Positions 17,796-26,527 of a stretch of DNA of 32,000 bases are shown one piece after another. The notes beneath the pieces were generated by a model, which was given only the letters and a program-made list of their open reading frames with translations, did not search any database and was not told where the DNA came from. Position 1 is the first letter of the stretch. Each line of letters opens with the position of its first letter. Made by a program: the position numbers and the translations under genes. The stretch comes from Pseudomonas aeruginosa (GTDB lineage: Bacteria > Pseudomonadota > Gammaproteobacteria > Pseudomonadales > Pseudomonadaceae), in NCBI RefSeq assembly GCF_001457615.1, contig NZ_LN831024.1, positions 5,130,001 to 5,162,000 on the forward strand, written 5' to 3'.

Positions 17796-18734
17796 TCAAT
17801 CAAGCGGTTGGCCCAGCCAGTAGGCCCGGGCGGCGGCGATATCCGCGAGAATCGCCGCCTTGAGTGCCTCCAGGGAGGCAAAACGCTGCTCGTCGCGCAG
17901 CTTCTGGTGGAAGGTCACCTGCAGATGCCGGCCGTATAGATCGCCGGCGAAATCGAGCAGGTGCACTTCCAGATGGGGACGGCCGTCGCCGTTCACCGAA
18001 GGGCGGGTGCCGATGTTCGCCACCCCCTGGCAACGCTGACCATCGACCAGCGTACTGACCAGGTAGACCCCGTTCAACGGCGCCTTGCGCCGTTTCAGTT
18101 GAATGTTGGCCGTGGGCGAGCCCAGTTGCCGGCCGAGTTTCTGTCCATGCAGGACCCGTCCGCTCAGGCTGAAGGGACGCCCCAGAAGGCGCTCGGCGAG
18201 ATGCAGGTCGCCCTCGGCCAGGGCCTGGCGGACCCGCGTGCTGCTCACCCGCACGCCGTCCAGTTCGACGGTGGCGGCCGCCTCGACGGTGAACCCCTGC
18301 TCGCGACTGGCGTTCACCAGGAAGGCGAAGTCACCGGAGCGGTCGCAGCCGAAACGGAAATCGTCGCCCACTTCAAGGTGCCGCACCGCCAGTCCATCGA
18401 CCAGGACCTGGCGGACGAACTCGGCTGCCGACAGCTCGCGCAAGCGGCGGTTGAAGGCCAGGCAGAGCACCACGTCGACGCCCTGCCCACGCAGCAACTC
18501 GAGTTTCTCGCGCAGGCGGGTCAGACGCACCGGCGCCGAATCGGGGGAGAAGAACTCGCGCGGCTGCGGCTCGAAAATCACCACGCAGCTGGGTACGCCC
18601 AGCTCCAGCGAGCGCTCGCGCAGACGCGCCAGGATAGCCTGGTGCCCGAGGTGGACGCCGTCGAAGTTACCGATGGTGGCGACGCAGCCCCCGGCCAGGG
18701 GCTGCAGGTTGTGTAGTCCGCGAAGCAGCTGCAT
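17796..18734 (-). CDS. ribF: Bifunctional riboflavin kinase / FMN adenylyltransferase RibF
   Basis: 312 aa. GNFDGVHLGHQ nucleotidyltransferase motif and a C-terminal riboflavin kinase domain (PTANI…GVANIGTRP). Lies 23 nt upstream of ileS. Confidence 0.95.
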   Translation of the reverse strand: MQLLRGLHNLQPLAGGCVATIGNFDGVHLGHQAILARLRERSLELGVPSCVVIFEPQPREFFSPDSAPVRLTRLREKLELLRGQGVDVVLCLAFNRRLRELSAAEFVRQVLVDGLAVRHLEVGDDFRFGCDRSGDFAFLVNASREQGFTVEAAATVELDGVRVSSTRVRQALAEGDLHLAERLLGRPFSLSGRVLHGQKLGRQLGSPTANIQLKRRKAPLNGVYLVSTLVDGQRCQGVANIGTRPSVNGDGRPHLEVHLLDFAGDLYGRHLQVTFHQKLRDEQRFASLEALKAAILADIAAARAYWLGQPLD

Positions 18735-18761
18735 AGCACGCTTATTGCTCAGAAAGTGGTC

Positions 18762-18767
18762 GATTAT
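18762..18767 (-). promoter_or_regulatory. Candidate -10 element for ribF
   Basis: Perfect TATAAT on the minus strand, 28 nt upstream of the ribF ATG, in otherwise GC-rich DNA. The -35 is poor (TTGTCC with a 15-nt spacer). Confidence 0.3.
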
Positions 18768-18830
18768 ACGCGTACCGGGCGCCGGACAACAGGCAAAACG
18801 GCATGATCCCGCCGCCAGCCCGGACGCGCT

Positions 18831-20369
18831 TCACAGCACCGCCCGACGGGAAAAGTCGCGCAGGCGGAAACCCAGCAGCGCGAGCATACCGAAATAGGCC
18901 AGGAGACCGGCAACCACCAGCAGGCCGAGGCGCAGGAATCGCTCCAGCATGGCGCCCTGCTCCCAGGCCGGCAGCCAGTGCATCGTGGCCAGCAGCACCG
19001 CCGACATCGCCAGCACCGCGACCACCAGCTTGACCAGGAACTTCGCCCAGCCCGGTTGCGGCAGGTACAGACGCTGCTTGCGCAGTTGCCAGTAGAGCAG
19101 CCCGGCATTCAGGCAGGCCGCCAGGCCGATGGACAGGGCCAGACCGGCATGCTGAAGCGGGCCGATGAAGGCCAGGTTCATCAGCTGGGTGGAAACCAGG
19201 GTGAAGAGCGCGATCTTCACTGGCGTACGGATGTTCTGCTGGGCATAGAAGCCCGGCGCAAGAACCTTGACCAGGATGATGCCGAGCAGGCCGACGGAGT
19301 AGGCCACCAGCGCGCGCTGGGTCATCGCCGCGTCCACCGTGGTGAACTTGCCGTACTGGAACAGCGAGACGGTCAGAGGTTCGGCGAGGATCGCCAGGGC
19401 CAGGGAACAGGGCAGCACCAGCAGGAAGCACAGGCGCAGGCCCCAGTCGAGCAGGCGCGAGTACTCATGGCGATCCTTGTTCGAATAGGTCTTCGCCAGC
19501 ATCGGCAGGAGGATCGTCCCCAGCGCCACGCCCAATACGCCGGAAGGCAGCTCCATCAGGCGGTCGGCGTAGTACATCCAGGACACCGAACCGGCTGCCA
19601 GGAACGAAGCGAAGATGGTGTTGATGATCAGCGAGATCTGGCTCACCGAGACCCCCAGGATGGCCGGCAGCATCAGCTTCATCACCCGCCAGACGCCGCT
19701 GTCCCTGAGGTTCAGGCGCGGCAGCACGAGCATGCCGATCTTCCTCAGGTGCGGCAGCTGATAGAGGAGCTGCAACAGGCCGCCGGCCAGCACCGCCCAG
19801 CCCAGCACCATGACCGGCGGATCGAAATAAGGCGTGAGGAACAGCGCGAAGCCGATCATTGCGACGTTCAGCAGGGTCGGCACGAAGGCCGGCACCGAGA
19901 AGCGGTTCCAGGTGTTGAGGATCGCGCCGGCCAGGGACGACAGCGAGATCAGCAATATATAAGGAAAGGTCACCCGCAGCAGGTCGGTGGTCAGGGCGAA
20001 CTTTTCCGGGGTATCGGCGAAGCCCGGAGCGGTGACCCAGATAACCCAGGGCGCGGCGAAGATGCCGAGCGCCGTGACCAGCGCCAGCACCAGCGTGAGC
20101 AAGCCGGAAACGTAGGCGATGAAGGTCCGCGTCGCCTCCTCGCCCTGCTGGTTCTTGTACTCTGCCAGGATCGGCACGAAAGCCTGGGAAAACGCCCCCT
20201 CGGCGAAGATCCGCCGCAACAGGTTGGGCAGCTTGAAGGCGACGAAAAAGGCGTCGGTGGCGAGGCCGGCACCGAAGATCCGCGCCAGGATGGTATCGCG
20301 GACGAAGCCGAGGACCCGCGACAGCATGGTGATGGAACTCACCGCCGCCAATGATTTGAGAAGATTCAT
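18831..20369 (-). CDS. murJ: Lipid II flippase MurJ (MviN)
   Basis: 512 aa polytopic membrane protein beginning [25 protein letters not shown], the typical MurJ N-terminus. Confidence 0.95.
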   Translation of the reverse strand: MNLLKSLAAVSSITMLSRVLGFVRDTILARIFGAGLATDAFFVAFKLPNLLRRIFAEGAFSQAFVPILAEYKNQQGEEATRTFIAYVSGLLTLVLALVTALGIFAAPWVIWVTAPGFADTPEKFALTTDLLRVTFPYILLISLSSLAGAILNTWNRFSVPAFVPTLLNVAMIGFALFLTPYFDPPVMVLGWAVLAGGLLQLLYQLPHLRKIGMLVLPRLNLRDSGVWRVMKLMLPAILGVSVSQISLIINTIFASFLAAGSVSWMYYADRLMELPSGVLGVALGTILLPMLAKTYSNKDRHEYSRLLDWGLRLCFLLVLPCSLALAILAEPLTVSLFQYGKFTTVDAAMTQRALVAYSVGLLGIILVKVLAPGFYAQQNIRTPVKIALFTLVSTQLMNLAFIGPLQHAGLALSIGLAACLNAGLLYWQLRKQRLYLPQPGWAKFLVKLVVAVLAMSAVLLATMHWLPAWEQGAMLERFLRLGLLVVAGLLAYFGMLALLGFRLRDFSRRAVL

Positions 20370-20570
20370 GGATGTCGGGCTGCCGGCATGTCGAAATTGA
20401 TCCTGTCCAAGACCGCGACCGGCCGGGCCGGTTCATCGCGCGAGTGCGCCCTCGCCGCCGAACGGCGGTCCGCAAGGGCGCGCCGAGTGTAGAATGCGCG
20501 CCGGAATAAATCACCCGCAAGAAAGCAGGCGACATCCGTCGCCGATCTTTCCGGCCGCATGCGCAGCCCC

Positions 20571-20599
20571 TTGACAACCCCTGGAGGCGACGGCATTAT
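20571..20599 (+). promoter_or_regulatory. Putative sigma-70 promoter of rpsT
   Basis: TTGACA (20571-20576), 17-nt spacer, CATTAT (20594-20599). About 55 nt upstream of the rpsT GTG. Confidence 0.5.
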
Positions 20600-20652
20600 T
20601 CGCGGCCTTAATTTGTTCGCTATTTACCCAGTTTTTTTCGAGGAGCTCGACG

Positions 20653-20928
20653 GTGGCCAACACACCTTCCGCCAAAAAACGCGCCAAACAGGCTGAGAAG
20701 CGTCGCAGCCACAACGCCAGCCTGCGCTCCATGGTGCGCACCTACATCAAGAACGTCGTGAAAGCCATCGACGCCAAGGACCTGGAAAAAGCCCAGGCCG
20801 CCTTCACCGCCGCTGTACCGGTGATCGACCGCATGGCTGACAAAGGCATCATCCACAAGAACAAGGCTGCTCGTCACAAGAGCCGTCTGAGCGGCCACAT
20901 CAAGGCCCTCAGCACCGCTGCCGCCTAA
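20653..20928 (+). CDS. rpsT: 30S ribosomal protein S20
   Basis: GTG start with GAGGAG 9 nt upstream. [21 protein letters not shown]…, 91 aa. Confidence 0.97.
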   Translation: MANTPSAKKRAKQAEKRRSHNASLRSMVRTYIKNVVKAIDAKDLEKAQAAFTAAVPVIDRMADKGIIHKNKAARHKSRLSGHIKALSTAAA

Positions 20929-20946
20929 GGCACGCCTTGCTCGAAT

Positions 20947-20973
20947 AAAAAACCGGCCAATGGCCGGTTTTTT
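20947..20973. terminator. Bidirectional intrinsic terminator between rpsT and creA
   Basis: AAAAAACCGGCC, loop AAT, GGCCGGTTTTTT: a perfect hairpin with an A-run and a T-run. Confidence 0.85.
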
Positions 20974-20994
20974 ATTGCCCACGACTCGCTCGCC

Positions 20995-21459
20995 TCAGCG
21001 AGCGGTCGGCCAGGGCATGAGGGGAATCGCCGTCACCGCGTTCTGCGGACTGCCCTCGATCACCCGGTCGCTGTAGACCAGATAGACCAAGGCATTGCGC
21101 TTGCGATCGAAGAAGCGCACCACCTGCATGCTTTTGAACACCAGCGAAGTGCGCTGCTTGAACACCTCTTCGCCATCCTTGAGTTCGCCACTGAACTGGA
21201 TCGGCCCCACCTGGCGACAGGCGATCGACGCCTCGGCGCGATCCTCCGCCAGCCCCAGGCCGCCCTTGACCCCACCGGTCTTGGCGCGCGACAGATAGCA
21301 GGTCACGCCCTGCACCTTGGGATCGTCGAAAGCCTCGACGACAATCTTGTCGTTCGGCCCGACCCACTTGAACACCGTGGAAACCTCGCCGATCTCCTCC
21401 GCCCCGGCAAGCGCCGGCAACAGCAGCAGACCACCCAGCAACCCCGCGAGCTTGCGCAT
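20995..21459 (-). CDS. creA: CreA family periplasmic protein
   Basis: True start ATG 21459 with GGAGAGGG upstream. [20 protein letters not shown] signal peptide, then [43 protein letters not shown], typical of CreA. 154 aa. Confidence 0.85.
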   Translation of the reverse strand: MRKLAGLLGGLLLLPALAGAEEIGEVSTVFKWVGPNDKIVVEAFDDPKVQGVTCYLSRAKTGGVKGGLGLAEDRAEASIACRQVGPIQFSGELKDGEEVFKQRTSLVFKSMQVVRFFDRKRNALVYLVYSDRVIEGSPQNAVTAIPLMPWPTAR

Positions 21460-21470
21460 TCGCCCTCTCC

Positions 21471-22589
21471 TCAGACCAGAACCAGATTGTCGCGATGCAC
21501 CAGCTCCGGCCCATCCACGTAGCCGAGCAAGGCCTCGATGGCATCCGTCGGCTGACCGAGGATCTTCTGCGCCTCCAGCGCACTGTAGTTGACCAGGCCG
21601 CGCGCCACTTCGCGCCCGCCCTGGTCCACACAGACCACCATCTCGCCGCGACGGAAGCTGCCCTGGACCGCCTTGACCCCAACCGGCAACAGGCTCTTGT
21701 GATCCTGGCTCACCGCCTTCACCGCACCATCGTCCAGCACCAGGGTGCCGCGCATCTGCAAGTGGCCGGCCAGCCATTGCTTGCGCGCCGCCTTGCGACT
21801 GCGATCAGGGGTCAACAGGGTGCCGAGGCGTTCGCCGGCGCGCAGGCGGTCGAGGACACGCTCGATACGCCCGCCGACGATCACCGTATGCCCGCCGGAA
21901 CGCGCCGCCAGGCGCGCCGCCCGCAGCTTGGTCTGCATTCCGCCGCGCCCCAGGGCGCCGGCACTGCCGCCGGCCACCGCATCGAGCTGCGGATCATCGG
22001 CACGCGCCTCGTAGATCAGTTGGGCATCGGGATTGTTGCGCGGATCGGCGTCGAACATACCGTCGCGATCGGTAAGGATCACCAGCAGGTCGGCCTCGAC
22101 CAGGTTGGCCACCAGTGCCGCCAGGGTGTCGTTGTCGCCGAAGCGGATCTCGTCGGTGACCACCGTGTCGTTCTCGTTGATCACCGGGACCACGCCCAGC
22201 TCGACCAGGGTCCGCAGGGTGCTGCGGGCGTTCAGGTAGCGCTTGCGGTCGGAGAGGTCGTCATGGGTCAGCAACACCTGGGCGGTCTGCAGGCCATGCA
22301 GGGCGAAGCTGGACTCCCAGGCCTGCACCAACCCCATTTGCCCCACCGAGGCGGCGGCCTGGAGTTCGTGCATCGCGCTAGGTCGGGACACCCAGCCCAG
22401 GCGGCTCATACCGGCGGCGACGGCGCCGGACGACACCAGCACCAGCTCGATGCCGGCGCAATGCAGCGCCACCATCTGCTCGACCCAAACGGCCATGGCA
22501 TTGCGATCCAGCCCACGGCCATCGGCCGTCAGCAGGGCGCTACCGATCTTCACCACCCAGCGCCGCGCGCCAGTCACCTTGTCCCGCAT
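21471..22589 (-). CDS. proB: Glutamate 5-kinase ProB
   Basis: 372 aa. Amino-acid kinase domain ([10 protein letters not shown]…) plus a C-terminal PUA domain. Confidence 0.95.
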
Positions 22590-22659
22590 ACCCTCAACCT
22601 TAGAAGCCCAGGCTTCGACTCTTCAGCCCCGCCGGCCCGCCCGGCGGGGTATCACGCCA

Positions 22660-23907
<1,248 letters not shown>

Positions 23908-23976
23908 TTAACAGAAAAAAACATAGGATACAGGATGCCCCGAAAGCAGGGCATGGCCGGAAGCCGGCGCAGAAAC

Positions 23977-24006
23977 AAAAAAGCCCCGTCGCGAGACAGG
24001 GCTTTT
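23977..24006 (-). terminator. Intrinsic terminator/attenuator after rpmA
   Basis: The minus-strand RNA reads AAAAAGCCCUGUC-UCGC-GACGGGGCUUUUUU. The 8-bp GC-rich core includes one G-U pair and is followed by a U6 tail. Sits between rpmA and obg. Confidence 0.75.
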
Positions 24007-24021
24007 TCAGCGAGCTATTGC

Positions 24022-24279
24022 TTAGGCAGCAACGATGCTCACGTATTTGCGACCAAAGGCGCCTTTGGTCTCAAACTTGACCACGCCGTCCACTTTCGCG
24101 AACAGGGTGTGGTCCTTGCCCAGGCCAACGCCGTAACCGGCGTGGAATTTGGTGCCGCGCTGACGAACCAGGATGTTGCCAGCCTTTACAGCCTGGCCGC
24201 CGAACAGTTTCACGCCAAGGCGTTTACTTTCTGAGTCGCGGCCGTTGCGGGTAGAACCGCCAGCTTTTTTGTGTGCCAT
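24022..24279 (-). CDS. rpmA: 50S ribosomal protein L27
   Basis: [24 protein letters not shown]…, 85 aa. Confidence 0.98.
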
Positions 24280-24302
24280 GAGTCATATCCTCCAGAAAGG
24301 AA

Positions 24303-24614
24303 TTAGGCCTGAATGCCGGTGATCTTGATTTCAGTGAACCACTGGCGGTGGCCCTGACGCTTCATGTGGTGCTTACGACGGCGGAACTTGATGATGCGGA
24401 CCTTGTCGTGACGGCCGTGGGAAACCACTTCAGCGGTAACCTTCGCACCTTCGACGACCGGCAGGCCGATTTTCACGTCTTCGCCATTGGCAACCAGCAG
24501 GACGCGGTCGAAATCGATCGCTTCGCCGGTAGCGACGTCGAGTTTCTCGACCTTGAGGAATTCGCCTTCGGTGACTTTGTGCTGCTTGCCACCGGTAACA
24601 ATCACTGCGTACAT
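24303..24614 (-). CDS. rplU: 50S ribosomal protein L21
   Basis: [25 protein letters not shown]…, 103 aa. Lies 23 nt upstream of rpmA. Confidence 0.98.
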
Positions 24615-24747
24615 GTGTATCTCCGTTAAACCTGCTCACCCGACGCTTTATAGAAGTAGGAATCGGCCGGCATGGCTGCATGGGGTCGGATCGGACGCCC
24701 GTGCAATTGCGTAAGGCAGGGTATGCCAAGGAAGTTCAGGGCCCGCG

Positions 24748-24776
24748 ATTGTACGGAAAGGTCCAGGCCGAGGCAA
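24748..24776 (-). promoter_or_regulatory. Putative sigma-70 promoter of rplU-rpmA
   Basis: On the minus strand: TTGCCT (24776-24771), 17-nt spacer, TACAAT (24753-24748). Implies a leader of about 125 nt. Confidence 0.5.
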
Positions 24777-24793
24777 GTGCCACGGGCCTTTCC

Positions 24794-24822
24794 TTGACAG
24801 TCCCCCCCCTGCCACCTAGCAT
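24794..24822 (+). promoter_or_regulatory. Putative sigma-70 promoter of ispB
   Basis: TTGACA (24794-24799), 17-nt spacer, TAGCAT (24817-24822). Divergent from the rplU promoter. Confidence 0.5.
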
Positions 24823-24854
24823 GCCGCGCAATCTTTGTGGAGCTATTGTCACTG

Positions 24855-25823
24855 ATGCAACCCCAGGCCTTCTACCGCGTGGTGGCGGAAGATTTCACCG
24901 CCGTCGACGGGATCATCCGTCGCCAACTCACCTCCCGCGTTCCCCTGGTGGAAAAGATCGGCGACTACATCATCTCCGCCGGCGGCAAGCGCCTGCGTCC
25001 GCTGCTGGTCCTGCTCGCCGGCAAGACCCTGGGCTACAAGGGCGACGACCTCTGCCTGCTGGCCGCCACCATCGAATTCCTGCACACCTCCACTCTGCTG
25101 CACGACGACGTGGTCGACGCCTCCGGCCTGCGCCGCGGCCGCTCCACCGCCAATGCCCTGTGGGGCAACGCGCCGAGCGTGCTGGTAGGCGACTTCCTTT
25201 ATGCCCGCTCCTTCGAAATGATGGTCGAGCTGGGTTCCATGCCGGTCATGCGCATCATATCCCAGGCCACCCGGGTGATCGCCGAGGGCGAAGTGCTGCA
25301 ATTGTCCAAGGTACGCGACGCCAGCACTACCGAAGAGACCTACATGGAAGTGATCCGCGGCAAGACCGCGATGCTTTTCGAGGCCTCGACCCACAGCGCC
25401 GCCGCGCTGTGCCAGGCCGGCGAGGAACAGTCCGAGGCACTGCGCCGCTTCGGCGACTACCTGGGAATCGCCTTCCAACTGGTGGACGACCTGCTCGACT
25501 ACCGCGGCGACGCCGCGACCCTCGGCAAGAACGTCGGCGACGACCTCGCCGAAGGCAAGCCCACCCTGCCGCTGATCGTCACCATGCGCGACGGCACCGA
25601 GGAACAGGCCGCGCTGGTACGCAAAGCCATCCAGCAAGGTGGCAGCCAGGACCTAGAGAGCGTCTGTGCCGCCGTCGAGGCAGCCGGCGCCCTGGACTAT
25701 ACCGCCAACCTCGCCCGCGACTACGCCGCCCGCGCCATCGCCTGCCTGGATACGCTGCCGGACAACGAATACCGCTCCGCCCTGGTCGAACTCAGCGAAT
25801 TCGCTGTCGCCCGTACCCACTGA
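24855..25823 (+). CDS. ispB: Octaprenyl-diphosphate synthase IspB
   Basis: ATG 24855 is preferred over the track GTG 24837: GGAG lies upstream and the GTG is too close to the predicted transcription start. Polyprenyl synthase DDxxD motifs (LLHDDVVD, LVDDLLD). 322 aa. Confidence 0.93.
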   Translation: MQPQAFYRVVAEDFTAVDGIIRRQLTSRVPLVEKIGDYIISAGGKRLRPLLVLLAGKTLGYKGDDLCLLAATIEFLHTSTLLHDDVVDASGLRRGRSTANALWGNAPSVLVGDFLYARSFEMMVELGSMPVMRIISQATRVIAEGEVLQLSKVRDASTTEETYMEVIRGKTAMLFEASTHSAAALCQAGEEQSEALRRFGDYLGIAFQLVDDLLDYRGDAATLGKNVGDDLAEGKPTLPLIVTMRDGTEEQAALVRKAIQQGGSQDLESVCAAVEAAGALDYTANLARDYAARAIACLDTLPDNEYRSALVELSEFAVARTH

Positions 25824-25843
25824 ACCGGGCTCGACTTGTGACG

Positions 25844-25877
25844 AACGCCGCCGTTTTCACGGCGGCGTTTTCGTTTT
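25844..25877 (+). terminator. Rho-independent terminator after ispB
   Basis: AACGCCGCCG (25844-25853), loop TTTTCA, CGGCGGCGTT (25860-25869), then TTCGTTTT. Confidence 0.85.
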
Positions 25878-25910
25878 GCGACGAAAGGCACGATCAAGAC
25901 TTGCTATTAA

Positions 25911-25929
25911 GATAATAAGAATTATTCTC
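25911..25929. promoter_or_regulatory. Fur box-like operator overlapping a candidate promoter
   Basis: GATAATAAGAATTATTCTC matches the 19-bp Fur consensus GATAATGATAATCATTATC at 15/19 by my alignment. It covers the spacer and candidate -10 TATTCT (25923-25928) of a promoter with -35 TTGCTA (25901-25906). This is the only strongly AT-rich island in the neighbourhood. Confidence 0.65.
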
Positions 25930-25960
25930 ATCTCACAGTCTTGTCACGGAGATGAGCGCC

Positions 25961-26185
25961 ATGACTTATTTGATCGATGCCTGGCTTGATCGGCCACACC
26001 CCTACCTGCGGATCCTGCACCGGGAAACCGGGGAAATCTGCGCAGTCCTGGAAGAAGACGCGCTGGACGAACTGCGTGACCAGGGCGGCCTGGACCTGCA
26101 CGAGTTGAACTCGAGCGAACCGCTGATCCTCAAGGAGCTGGTACGCAACCTGTTCCTCTTCTGCTACGCCCGCGCCCTGCGCTGA
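25961..26185 (+). CDS. Small hypothetical protein (74 aa, or 77 aa from ATG 25952), probably iron-regulated
   Basis: MTYLIDAWLDRPHPYLRILHRETGEICAVLEEDALDELRDQGGLDLHELNSSEPLILKELVRNLFLFCYARALR. GGAG (25948-25951) is 9 nt from ATG 25961 but abuts ATG 25952. High GC3. Position corresponds to PA4570 by synteny, from memory. Confidence 0.65.
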   Translation: MTYLIDAWLDRPHPYLRILHRETGEICAVLEEDALDELRDQGGLDLHELNSSEPLILKELVRNLFLFCYARALR

Positions 26186-26527
26186 GCCTTTGCGATGACG
26201 CCAGGACGCGTCATCCGTGCGCCGCTGCCCGGGAGGCGGATCGCACGAACGGAGGCAAAGGCGCCTCCGGCCGGTTCCGGGAAGGTCACGGACGACCTTC
26301 CCGGAGTCACTTTCCTCATGTCCCGTTCTTTCCGCAACGCCTCGCCCGAGCACGCCGGCAGCCCCTCGCCGCGATAGGGATTCCTGCCTGATCCACATCA
26401 AGCCGACCTCGCCTGAAAGCCGTTACAACAGCGGCGTGACCGTCGTCCTGTCGACGGCCGCATAACGAAAAAAAGAATGGACCGTGGCCGAGGGGACCGC
26501 CCCAGGCCTACGCCTAAGGATGAGGAA

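Noticed and set aside
20486-20491. TAGAAT as a second, upstream rpsT promoter (-10), or as part of a murJ/rpsT divergent control region.
   Set aside because: There is no acceptable -35 at 16-18 nt and no true extended -10 TG. I cannot support it beyond a single hexamer.
24680-25915. 411-aa ORF overlapping ispB in another frame.
   Set aside because: Arg/Pro/Gly-rich composition, no RBS, and it spans the promoter and terminator of ispB. The ispB frame carries the DDxxD polyprenyl synthase motifs.
26195-26377. 60-aa ORF (MTPGRVIRAPLPGRR…) in the spacer after the small Fur-linked ORF.
   Set aside because: No Shine-Dalgarno sequence, noticeably lower GC3 than neighbouring genes, and a low-complexity product. 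It runs straight through three hairpins. More likely non-coding.
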